A DNA stretch of 19,331 nucleotides from Fibrobacterales bacterium (GTDB lineage Bacteria > Fibrobacterota > Fibrobacteria > Fibrobacterales > JAOPTW01). Below are positions 8,510 through 17,131 of this stretch, piece by piece; positions within the stretch are counted from its first letter, which is position 1; each line of letters starts with the position of its first letter. The DNA lies in NCBI GenBank assembly GCA_051532035.1, contig JAOPTW010000104.1, forward strand, positions 1 through 19,331. The letters run 5' to 3'. The notes under the pieces were generated by a model. It did no database searches and was not told the origin of the DNA. It was given only the letters and a program-made list of their open reading frames with translations. The position numbers and the translations under genes were made by a program.

Positions 8510-8534
8510 TATAGTGTTTGAACATATGAGACAA
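8510..8534 (-). promoter_or_regulatory. Shared 25-bp upstream motif, copy A (putative promoter or operator)
   Basis: Minus strand TTGTCTCATATGTTCAAACACTATA; 23/25 identical to 16978-17002 (+). Confidence 0.5.
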
Positions 8535-8708
8535 TTGTAATTATCCCTATTTTCAAGTACTAAAATAGTGAGAGCATCCTACTTAAACTAACAGTGGTTT
8601 TAAGGGAGGATTACACATGCTCTACGAATGATAGCCCTAATTTTGCAGACAAAATGTTATTCACCTATTCTTAAATTCCTATTATCAAAAATATAATCTT
8701 TAAGAGCC

Positions 8709-8728
8709 CACTGTACACTAGTACAGTG
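8709..8728 (-). terminator. Hairpin overlapping the stop codon of the MSEP-CTERM gene (possible terminator or mRNA 3' stabiliser)
   Basis: CACTGTAC-ACTA-GTACAGTG, 8-bp perfect stem; no clear U-tract follows. Confidence 0.3.
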
Positions 8729-11519
8729 TAGCCAGAACCTTTCTACGATTTCTCCACCCCACTATCATTACACCAATCAATAGCACTGCCCACAATTCAG
8801 GTTCAGACATTTGATCCTCATCACCGATATTAAGGTTTTTATTGCCAGAGAGGATCTCCTTCTGTTTTTTTAAAAGAGCCTTTTCTTGTGCTCCATTTTC
8901 TAGCACTATGTAGGCTGTTTGATGAGTTAATATCCCTGACTTTATACTTCCCCTTACTGTTTGTAACCACTCATTTTGAGCTTCAGCTGGATATACTGTA
9001 GATTTAAGATCATATAAGGCCAACTGCGCCCCCTTTAACCATACACTTACCCCTGTCGTGTCGAAGGAATGCCCGCTGCCTGAATCTGGAATGAGGTTAG
9101 GAATTATAGCTCCATTACTTTTAGAGGCAGTATAATATGGGGACTGATTTTCAGAATTAAATATTTTTAATACTTGAGGATCTATCTGTTTAATTTCTCT
9201 ACCTCTGCTATAGATACTATCTAAAGAATGCTCGTACAGTTCTCCTGAAGTATTAAGACGATACACAAAAGGAAAGGCTGGATTGAGAGATGAGAAACGC
9301 CCCAAGTCATGACTTATTGATACCAACGTGTCACTATTAGTAATAAGGAGTATCACATGAGAAGTATCTCGAGATACTTTTGCTGCTTCTACTAAAATAT
9401 GTTTTATGATTCGATCAGCAAACATCCCACCTTCTTTAGGACTATCCATAAAGGTATGCTCCCAATTTGCTTTTTCGACTCGACTCCCCTTGTAATTCAT
9501 CAAGTAAATATCGCAAGTTGCTTCATCACCCGAACAATGGTTTTGTAGAGTTGTTTTAGTCACAGACACTATTTCAAGCTCTTTTTCAAGAGCCAATTGT
9601 GAATTATCAATAACCATATGATACTTAACTGGTAGTATCGTATCTTGTAAGCTATTGATTATATTTGAGGAAAGTACAGCTCCATTTTGACCTGTATATG
9701 ACTCCATTTCATTTATTTCGGTTTCATAGGAAAAGCGCTGGCTATTAATGAATATCTCCACTGGCCCTGTATGCTCAATCTTAAATCCAGTGAGTCGAGT
9801 TTCATTTTCTTGAAAGGGGGACACTCTAAAATCAATTTTATCGTTCCCTTTATAATACCTAAGTAATCCTGGGTCTCTCTGCATAACATGTGCTATTGTT
9901 TGATACACCCAGGTAGCTGTTTTTCTTTCTGCCATAATTCCATATTTGCGTGTACCCAATACATCTAAATAGTAATCGGAGATAAAGACATCAGAAGGAA
10001 GAGAAAGCATCGATTTAAACTCAGCATTATTGCCCCCTTCATTTTTTAGCTCAATATGCACCCAGGTACTATGATGAATACTGTCAGACTGAGTTGTATC
10101 TGGCGCAAACGTTACGTTCACAATCTCAACACTATTTCTGGGTATATTCCTTCGTACAAATCTTCTCTTTAAATTTTCACTATTCCCTGTGAATAGGTAA
10201 TTCATCTTTTCAATCTTTCGCATTGATAGGGTTTGATTGTCAAAAACCCACGAATTATACCATTGTGATATGTAGGGTAAGTAGTTTTTACTGGTGGATG
10301 AGTTACCGTTTTTCTGAATCCCCTTTAATAGCTCAAGGCTATTTAAGCCACGTGTTAAATCACTTTCAGAAAGAGTAATACTATGCCCATTCTCTGCATA
10401 AATGTAATTCATAAGAGTGTTAAAATTCACCTGATCATTATAGATATAGACACCAACAATAGAGGGATACACACTAAGTCCCAGTATGAATATCAGCGTA
10501 ACTACACCGCGGCTATATTCTTTTTTCAATATCACGTAACTATCATAGAGTTGACTTGTTACAAATATCGTAGCTATTAGTGGTGAAAGCATGAGAAAGC
10601 CCATCCCCAAGGCAACTATTGCTATTACAGAGAGAGGCAGGAACGGTAGGTACACAAGGAAAAAATACCCATAGAACACTGCTGAAACAGATCGCAAAAA
10701 GAAGAGTACTACTCTTCCCCAGCTTTTTGGAAAGTCAGGCATCAAAAATAAGGCTGCCGACATCACTGTAAGCGCTACAAACCATGGGGAAGAAAAGTCA
10801 CCAGGAAAAGGCATTGTCCGGTTAAGATAGAGTCCTAAGAGTGGCAAAACTAATAGCGAAGGCACTCGTAGCAGCCATTGAACCCTGGTGTCCGTAAGCT
10901 TTTTGTTTTTTATCATGCCATACACAATTTTCATAACGCTAAAGAGAAAAATGCTCGTCAGTGTAATGAGAATAACCGGAAAGATAACCCCTATAGTATT
11001 AATTGGGTTATCCCCAATTATTGGTAATACGACCGCATAAAATAGATACCAACAAAGAGGTACTCCTATTGCTATTCCCGTATGCTTTTTTAAGCTTTGC
11101 AGAGTAATTTCTTTTGAAATCACTAGAACCATCATACCCCATATAATACCAGGCATCATAAAAGTAAAACCATACCCTATCAGATCGCCTGAACTAACTA
11201 CCCACCCTCCAACATTTGAAGGAATCAAATCACTCATTGAAAATATCAAACCAAAGAGTGATATAATCTCAATGATAGAGACCCCTATTCCGAACAATGG
11301 ATAGACCGTTTTATGAGCCTTAATACACTGATATGCATAACCAGTACTCACCCCCATTAATAGTAGGATCGTAGATACCATGGAAATCCAGAGAATCATC
11401 TGTGTAGTATCTAATTCAGAAAAAAGCGTATGAAAGCTATTGCCGAATAGTAATAAGAGAAGAGTGAGCGGTGCAGTTATTGATATAACTATCCATGCAG
11501 GGTGGTTAACAGGTTTCAT
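8718..11519 (-). CDS. MSEP-CTERM sorting-domain protein (exosortase K substrate): multi-TM N-terminal half, VIT-like central region
   Basis: 933 aa with about 10 N-terminal hydrophobic helices. Central SLPSDVFISDYYLDV..RKYG..AERKTA.WVY..I...RDPGLL..FRVSPF. C-terminus MSEP + TM helix + RNRRK. Overlaps the adjacent exosortase gene by 14 nt. Confidence 0.9.
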   Translation of the reverse strand: MKPVNHPAWIVISITAPLTLLLLLFGNSFHTLFSELDTTQMILWISMVSTILLLMGVSTGYAYQCIKAHKTVYPLFGIGVSIIEIISLFGLIFSMSDLIPSNVGGWVVSSGDLIGYGFTFMMPGIIWGMMVLVISKEITLQSLKKHTGIAIGVPLCWYLFYAVVLPIIGDNPINTIGVIFPVILITLTSIFLFSVMKIVYGMIKNKKLTDTRVQWLLRVPSLLVLPLLGLYLNRTMPFPGDFSSPWFVALTVMSAALFLMPDFPKSWGRVVLFFLRSVSAVFYGYFFLVYLPFLPLSVIAIVALGMGFLMLSPLIATIFVTSQLYDSYVILKKEYSRGVVTLIFILGLSVYPSIVGVYIYNDQVNFNTLMNYIYAENGHSITLSESDLTRGLNSLELLKGIQKNGNSSTSKNYLPYISQWYNSWVFDNQTLSMRKIEKMNYLFTGNSENLKRRFVRRNIPRNSVEIVNVTFAPDTTQSDSIHHSTWVHIELKNEGGNNAEFKSMLSLPSDVFISDYYLDVLGTRKYGIMAERKTATWVYQTIAHVMQRDPGLLRYYKGNDKIDFRVSPFQENETRLTGFKIEHTGPVEIFINSQRFSYETEINEMESYTGQNGAVLSSNIINSLQDTILPVKYHMVIDNSQLALEKELEIVSVTKTTLQNHCSGDEATCDIYLMNYKGSRVEKANWEHTFMDSPKEGGMFADRIIKHILVEAAKVSRDTSHVILLITNSDTLVSISHDLGRFSSLNPAFPFVYRLNTSGELYEHSLDSIYSRGREIKQIDPQVLKIFNSENQSPYYTASKSNGAIIPNLIPDSGSGHSFDTTGVSVWLKGAQLALYDLKSTVYPAEAQNEWLQTVRGSIKSGILTHQTAYIVLENGAQEKALLKKQKEILSGNKNLNIGDEDQMSEPELWAVLLIGVMIVGWRNRRKVLATLY

Positions 11520-12075
11520 TTCTTATACTCCTTTGAGTAATTCGAACAATGAGATGATTGACAGTAAACAACATTCCAGTAAAGAGTACTACCCCGACCC
11601 CAGTATGGAGCAATCCCTTATACTGTTGTAATGAAGGTACATTTTGAATGGCATACAATAATAAAGTGAGTCGAAAAACATTTGAGAGCATAGTTATCAG
11701 TAGGGCCATACCTATTGAAATCATGATATACCAAAATGGTCTGATATTAAGTTTTTTCGTATAGTACCATGCGCTTAGAGACAATAGTAACATAAAGAAA
11801 CCAGTCCCGATACAGCTATGATCAATAACAATATTAAGGCCGTCATTTTGAAAGCCATGGGAATCTATCCAATAAAATGGAATTCGTGTTATCACTTCCA
11901 GAATACCACTCAGTACCTTTAAAGGAAAATACGCATAATCCGGTTGCATATATCTCAATAAAAACTTGCCAAGTGACAAAAATAAGGCAATAGCAATGAT
12001 TTTTTTAAGGGTAGAGGACATGTATGAAATATAGTAATTACTCATTTGTTGCACATGTTTACCCAGGGGAAGCAT
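11506..12075 (-). CDS. xrtK: Exosortase K
   Basis: Small hydrophobic protein with the exosortase triad: Cys (IDHSCIG), Arg (SNVFR), His (LLHTGVG). Lies directly upstream of the MSEP-CTERM gene. The true start may be ATG 12045 or 12021. Confidence 0.82.
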   Translation of the reverse strand: MLPLGKHVQQMSNYYISYMSSTLKKIIAIALFLSLGKFLLRYMQPDYAYFPLKVLSGILEVITRIPFYWIDSHGFQNDGLNIVIDHSCIGTGFFMLLLSLSAWYYTKKLNIRPFWYIMISIGMALLITMLSNVFRLTLLLYAIQNVPSLQQYKGLLHTGVGVVLFTGMLFTVNHLIVRITQRSIRNETC

Positions 12076-12109
12076 GTGCTAAACCTGATTAGGACCGAAC
12101 CCCGTAACA

Positions 12110-13015
12110 TCACCCCACCCCCAACCGAATCACCATCTCCATTGCCCCTTTATCGAGTTTTGAAAAAGCAAACCAGCTTTTTCCGAGATCCTTAAGCGAA
12201 GCACCAATGTGGTATACATCCTTCTCATCAATAATCAAAAATCTATCATGAGACTTTGAAAACTGCTTAATCGTTATTCCAGGATACTGTTCATTGTGTT
12301 TCTGAAGATCGAGCTCCAGTTGGTTTGATATTTTTTTAGTGTATATGCTTGCCGAGACATTTGTATTACGTTTAGACAACAGGGTCAGCACCGTATCATC
12401 TACAAAATTATCAATGAGGAGTAATGATGTTTTGGCCGAGCGGATGAGGTCTGATGCAAAGGTATGCGCATCGAATACTTGGCCCTCAAAGAACACTCCT
12501 TGCTTAGGTAAGCCATATGTTTCGAGTGCATTAAACACCTGCTTAAATCGTACTTCTGTCCTTAATTCCTGATCTTTCTGCCTAACGTCAAGGTCTTGTA
12601 GCTTTAAAAAGACATCTCCGTTATTCTGCAATACTTGTCTCATTCGTACAAATACCTTTATAATAACAATACTCACTTGAATAGCTTCTTTACTTTTTAA
12701 CACAGTTGCAAGCATTGCTACCCCTTGCTCAGTAAAGACATAGGGTAAATATTTTCTATGATTTCCTCTACCATTCTTTAAGGTCGCATTTTGCGACCTT
12801 AAAGAATCAACCTCTATTTGAGTCAATTGAAAACAAAAATCTATTGGAAAACGATCGCTATTACGTTTTCGTTGTTCATTTATTCTTTTAGATTCGACAT
12901 TGTAAATTTTCGCGAGATCTCTATCAAAAATGACCTGTTTACCTCTAACCTCATAAATCCTAGACTCTAAGTCAAACTCATATTCTAAAGCGTCATTTTT
13001 CACCAAACTATCCAT
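12110..13015 (-). CDS. ORF6N-domain DNA-binding protein with C-terminal PLD-like (HDRF..ID/HIGAS) domain
   Basis: Probable ATG at 13015 with GGAG RBS (ORF track starts at TTG 13048). ORF6N motifs IYEVRGKQVIFDRDLAKIY, KRINEQRKRNSDRFPIDFCFQLT, LRSQNAT, PYVFTEQGVAMLATVLKS. C-terminal GVFFEGQVFDA, IDNFVD, SHDRFLIID, YHIGASLKDLGK. Confidence 0.88.
   Translation of the reverse strand: MDSLVKNDALEYEFDLESRIYEVRGKQVIFDRDLAKIYNVESKRINEQRKRNSDRFPIDFCFQLTQIEVDSLRSQNATLKNGRGNHRKYLPYVFTEQGVAMLATVLKSKEAIQVSIVIIKVFVRMRQVLQNNGDVFLKLQDLDVRQKDQELRTEVRFKQVFNALETYGLPKQGVFFEGQVFDAHTFASDLIRSAKTSLLLIDNFVDDTVLTLLSKRNTNVSASIYTKKISNQLELDLQKHNEQYPGITIKQFSKSHDRFLIIDEKDVYHIGASLKDLGKSWFAFSKLDKGAMEMVIRLGVG
12773..12807. 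repeat. In-frame 16-bp-arm perfect palindrome within the ORF6N gene (encodes DSLRSQNATLKN)
   Basis: ATTCTTTAAGGTCGCA-TTT-TGCGACCTTAAAGAAT. Confidence 0.93.
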
Positions 13016-13102
13016 ACGTTCTCCATATATTGTAAAATAGGCAGGCAAGTAGATAGTTGAACTTAATCATTTTGCTCAATAAAATAATTTGTTTCAACCA
13101 CG

Positions 13103-13258
13103 CTATTCAAGAATAGCTTTGATTAACCCTCCGTAGACTGATCCTAGTGGATCACCACACTTCGGGGTGACAGAATAAGTAATTCCATCACGCGTAAGGC
13201 CCTTGTTGGTCGTACCAATAGCACTTATGATTATAAGCACAGAAAAGAATATAGCCAT
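13103..13258 (-). CDS. Possible small hydrophobic hypothetical protein (uncertain; may be a remnant)
   Basis: The 84-aa track ORF overlaps the hsdR tail at its 5' end. The internal Met gives MAIFFSVLIIISAIG..., about 51 aa. No recognisable family. Confidence 0.25.
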   Translation of the reverse strand: MAIFFSVLIIISAIGTTNKGLTRDGITYSVTPKCGDPLGSVYGGLIKAILE

Positions 13259-13343
13259 TAGTGCACAAGTGTGCAATAGCAAATAGTAATAGTACGATTT
13301 AATAGCGCTACCTATCCCCCAAGCAATAAATCCATCAACACCC

Positions 13344-13790
13344 CTACCGCCCAACATAACTCCCCACTCCCTGTCCCGGCAACTGCCCCATCACCGTCAG
13401 CATATCAAACACCACCTGAGCAAAGTCCTTTGACTTCTGAGGATCTCCAAGGAGTTGCATCATCTGATTAGAGTGCGCCTCGCCGCTATCCATAATGGCT
13501 TCTTCGGGGGTGTTACCTTGAGCTTGAGATCTTGTCTTCTGACCTCTGAGAGGCGGTAGTGGCTCATGATGACGTTTTCGAGGTCGAGCACATCTTCTTC
13601 AATGATCTCTTCACGGAGCATTGAAGAAGATGTGCCTGGCAAACAGGCAGAGCTTATCGAGGTCGTCATCGTCAAAGTCTACTATCTGAGACATAAACTC
13701 GAAATAGCGCACATAGGTTCCGAGTTCCTTACGGAAAACCTCAAGTTCGTCCTTTTGGGCCTTCACTTCTTTGTACGTTCAAGAGTGTCT
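13344..13790 (-). pseudogene. hsdR: Type I R-M R subunit remnant, copy 2 (C-terminal pieces only, several deletions and frameshifts)
   Basis: Segments in shifting frames: DTLERTK / EVKAQKDELEVFRKELGTYVRYFEFMSQIVDFDDDDLDKLCLFARH / MLREEIIEEDVLDLENVIMSHYRLSEVRRQDLKLK / NTPE / EAIMDSGEAHSNQMMQLLGDPQKSKDFAQVVFDMLTVMG...GR-stop (13344-13346). DNA matches copy 1 in three blocks: 52/55, 96/106, 26/26. Confidence 0.87.
13588..13635. repeat. 17-bp perfect inverted repeat with 14-nt spacer inside hsdR copy 2
   Basis: GCACATCTTCTTCAATG (13588-13604) / CATTGAAGAAGATGTGC (13619-13635). Confidence 0.92.
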
Positions 13791-13798
13791 AGTATCTC

Positions 13799-16783
13799 TT
13801 ATTGTATTAGCTGTGGTTTATCCAACGCTACAATTGAATAAACCCCTGAAGGAAGTGAGCTCATCAACTCTTTGGAATAGTTGTAGCATGATCCATTTAT
13901 AGATACTACCATACTATTTTGGTCTAAACTTTCAGAATGTATAGCATTCCATTCTTCGCTTCTGCCTTTAACATGATAAAAGGTTCCCAGAACTGTTGTT
14001 CTTCCTTTTGACTGATACAAAGTATGGATACTTGAAATTCCGGTATCAGGAACACTATCCTTAGAGTGCCTTTCAGATAGCTCGTCTACCTGGGTACTAT
14101 CACTGATAATATTCTGTTCAATGGTATCAGTGCTATCTATGATTTCAGAATTAGCCGTGCTATCTTTGGCATTAGTATTAGATGTACTATCTGCAGCTAG
14201 ATCACTCTCTGCTTTAGGTAGTCCAGTACTGTCCTTATTAAAATAATTTTGTTTTTGATTCAAGTGCTCTGTTGTAGAATCAGCCCACACAAAAGAACTG
14301 ATATACGTTCCGCCATAATCATTTACATTATAAAACTCAATAAGATCAACATTTCCATACTCGGAGCTGTGTTGATAAAGCATACCGAAGTTCTTATAAT
14401 GCATTACCTCACCTTCTTTCCCCATAAATAAATGAGTCTTATCTGAGTAATCATCAGGATAGCGACTCATACTATTCATGATTTTTGACTCACGTACAGG
14501 ATAAATATAGGGACCATCTTCAAAAATAGGTTTACTATAGATACCATCTTCAAAATACTGCCCTTGTAATAAATAAGGAAAACCTTCTAAAGCCAGCGAA
14601 TCATTTTTATCTACTTTAAACCATACTGTGATTTGCATTGTATCGAGTTCAAACTCAACAAATGGAATATAATTTTCATCCCTTACCCCCCCCATAGTGC
14701 TACTTCTATAGCTTGTTACATCTTCCATTTTATAATTAAATTTAAAATAGAGACTATCATTTGTAGTTACTGTATCAACAAGGGAATAAGTAAGTATACT
14801 TTTAGTTTTATCTTCCGTAGGATTTACCGATTGACCATTATCTAAGATTGTACTGCCAAAAATGGATAGATTGTATTCATATACCCATGTGTTGCCAATG
14901 AGGAGCATATCAGGGTCATAAATCGTTGGTATATCCTCCCAATTAAGAGTGTCGATTGGATTTATATTTTTTCCATATATATCTAGAGACTCTGAAGAAA
15001 TAACGTCCAAATCTTCAAGTGATGTAGCAAGTGCCCCTCCTGAAACTACAATAAAATAGGTACCATTCCATACCAATTTTTCAATTCTTGTTCCGAGAAA
15101 GATATCAGAGGCCCTTACCTGCCAGTCTTTACCATCTTTAGATGAGATAATTTCTCCATTAATACTCGTGGCGACAAATTGTTTACCTGTCCATACCAAA
15201 TCGGAAGCCTTAAAGTAACTTCTCTTTCCATTAATCATAAATTCATCGAATTCCCAATCTATACCATTTTTTGATAATGCAAAACCTGGAGCACGAGTGT
15301 CTTCTGTACTAATTGCCGCAAACACTGTATCTACCCAAATTACCTTAGTTAAGCAACCAACACCGTCATCCATTCCTCCAGAAAACACTTTACTCCATGC
15401 AACGCCATCTGTTGAGTGATATCCTTCCAGACAATCGACCATAGAATAGTCTTTTCCATTATACGCTACTGAAACAGATTCCATTCTTGAATCAAAATCA
15501 AGTTCAGTGTTTCTCCAATTATAGCCATCTATTGAATAATCAAATCCAAATTGATCCAAGTGAAATTTTCCAAATCGCACATAATTCTCATTAATTTTAA
15601 TCACGTTTGATCCCACAAACTGAATCATTTGCTCCCCTACACTTCTATTCTTTAAATATTCTGGCTTCTTGATTCTCTCAAATGTACTATCGAGAACTTC
15701 CATCCCTCTTTCATTCACTCCAAAATACAGGGAATCAATCTTTTGAAACTGTGTATAACCCCAGATTTTTTCATATTTGGTAGCAGCAGTCGATTTCCAT
15801 TCAATTCCATCTGTAGAATAAAGATGTCCCCCTAACCTTCTTAAGGCAATGGTAGTATCCCCATCTACAAAAATTTCAGTAATGGGATCTTTGATATTTT
15901 TATTAATAAAGAGTTCCCAGGAATCAATATTATCAGAATACACCACCGTCCCTTTATCCCCGACACCAATAAAAACATCTCCTTTATGGGTAACACTATT
16001 GAGTGGTTCACGGGTGTTAAATACCCAATCCCATTCCACGCCGTCCTTAGAAGTGAGTACAATACCTTTGTCACTGTAACTACTTGAGTTTTCACCCACA
16101 ATAACCATTGTGCTGTCATTGCATGCAATATCATTAAAGGTTGCGTCACGCAATTCGTAAGCTTCTAAGTCATCTTTATCACGATAGGCCGCATCTACCT
16201 TCTGCCACTTTTTACCATTAAACGAAACCACAATTGTAGAACTATCTCCAACAGCATAAATTGCATTCCCACATTTTTGAACGGAATTTAAATCACCTAC
16301 ATTAGACACAGTGTGTTTTTCCCAATAATGAGCATCCCAACTACTCATAATCAAACTTTTACTTCCCACCATATACAATTTATTATCAATAGTTTTAGTA
16401 TTCGTAAAATATGAAAAATATCCAAGAAACACCCAATTGATCATATCATCTGAAACACTATGACTCCATGGATTGTAATAGTGTTCGCCAATTTTTATAG
16501 GCTGTACCAGTGCAATTGAATCACCGCTAGGAACCATTCCCCATGTCTTTCCATCTTTGGATACTAATGATGTTTTAAGTTTACCCCTCGCAATAAAATG
16601 ATCATTTTCATAGTCCACGCTTATGAGATCATCTTCTCCCCAAAGTATATTATGCATAGTCCAATTATCTTGAGCAATAAGGAATACTGGATAAAAGAGA
16701 AAAAACAAGAATAGTAAAACACTTAAAAGATTGAATGTTTTCATGATAGCCCTCATGGTCATTACACTCGGTATAGACTTCAT
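13799..16783 (-). CDS. Large secreted protein with BNR/Asp-box-like beta-propeller repeats and a T9SS-like C-terminal tail
   Basis: Hydrophobic signal peptide; alternative start ATG 16744 with GAGG RBS. Many S-x-D/N-G-x-x-W repeats (SKDGKTW, SFNGKKW, SKDGVEW, STDGIEW, SIDGYNW, STDGVAW, SKNGIDW, SKDGKDW). D/S/T-rich linker. Ends with SING...LPSGVYSI. Confidence 0.8.
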   Translation of the reverse strand: MKSIPSVMTMRAIMKTFNLLSVLLFLFFLFYPVFLIAQDNWTMHNILWGEDDLISVDYENDHFIARGKLKTSLVSKDGKTWGMVPSGDSIALVQPIKIGEHYYNPWSHSVSDDMINWVFLGYFSYFTNTKTIDNKLYMVGSKSLIMSSWDAHYWEKHTVSNVGDLNSVQKCGNAIYAVGDSSTIVVSFNGKKWQKVDAAYRDKDDLEAYELRDATFNDIACNDSTMVIVGENSSSYSDKGIVLTSKDGVEWDWVFNTREPLNSVTHKGDVFIGVGDKGTVVYSDNIDSWELFINKNIKDPITEIFVDGDTTIALRRLGGHLYSTDGIEWKSTAATKYEKIWGYTQFQKIDSLYFGVNERGMEVLDSTFERIKKPEYLKNRSVGEQMIQFVGSNVIKINENYVRFGKFHLDQFGFDYSIDGYNWRNTELDFDSRMESVSVAYNGKDYSMVDCLEGYHSTDGVAWSKVFSGGMDDGVGCLTKVIWVDTVFAAISTEDTRAPGFALSKNGIDWEFDEFMINGKRSYFKASDLVWTGKQFVATSINGEIISSKDGKDWQVRASDIFLGTRIEKLVWNGTYFIVVSGGALATSLEDLDVISSESLDIYGKNINPIDTLNWEDIPTIYDPDMLLIGNTWVYEYNLSIFGSTILDNGQSVNPTEDKTKSILTYSLVDTVTTNDSLYFKFNYKMEDVTSYRSSTMGGVRDENYIPFVEFELDTMQITVWFKVDKNDSLALEGFPYLLQGQYFEDGIYSKPIFEDGPYIYPVRESKIMNSMSRYPDDYSDKTHLFMGKEGEVMHYKNFGMLYQHSSEYGNVDLIEFYNVNDYGGTYISSFVWADSTTEHLNQKQNYFNKDSTGLPKAESDLAADSTSNTNAKDSTANSEIIDSTDTIEQNIISDSTQVDELSERHSKDSVPDTGISSIHTLYQSKGRTTVLGTFYHVKGRSEEWNAIHSESLDQNSMVVSINGSCYNYSKELMSSLPSGVYSIVALDKPQLIQ

Positions 16784-16977
16784 TTATCTATAACCTGTCA
16801 CATAAAGTAGAAAAACACTGAGAAGATGTTAATGTTTACCACGGGTAAGCGTCGCATATCAAACATACACATTTATCTATCATACTAATAGATTACTATC
16901 TCATTCAGCGCGGGCCTAATCTCAGGTCAAAATATCCGGTTAATTTAATTGATACCTTACAATAATACCGGCCTCGG

Positions 16978-17002
16978 TTGTCTCATATGTTCAGCCACTA
17001 TA
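16978..17002 (+). promoter_or_regulatory. Shared 25-bp upstream motif, copy B (putative promoter or operator)
   Basis: TTGTCTCATATGTTCAGCCACTATA; 23/25 identical to the reverse complement of 8510-8534. Confidence 0.5.
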
Positions 17003-17131
17003 CTCTTCCTTCTTATCCTTGGCACCACCTAGCCCGGGAGGGTTATAGTTTAAAGGGGTATTACACCCATATTTGATAATAACTATATTTTTTTTATATT
17101 CAAAATTCATATTTTATTTTGAGCCACCCCT

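Noticed and set aside
13460..13841. Track ORFs 13460-13675 and 13566-13841
   Set aside because: A piece and an antisense shadow of hsdR copy 2.
17020..17035. TGGCAC as a sigma54 -24 box
   Set aside because: No TTGC at the required spacing.
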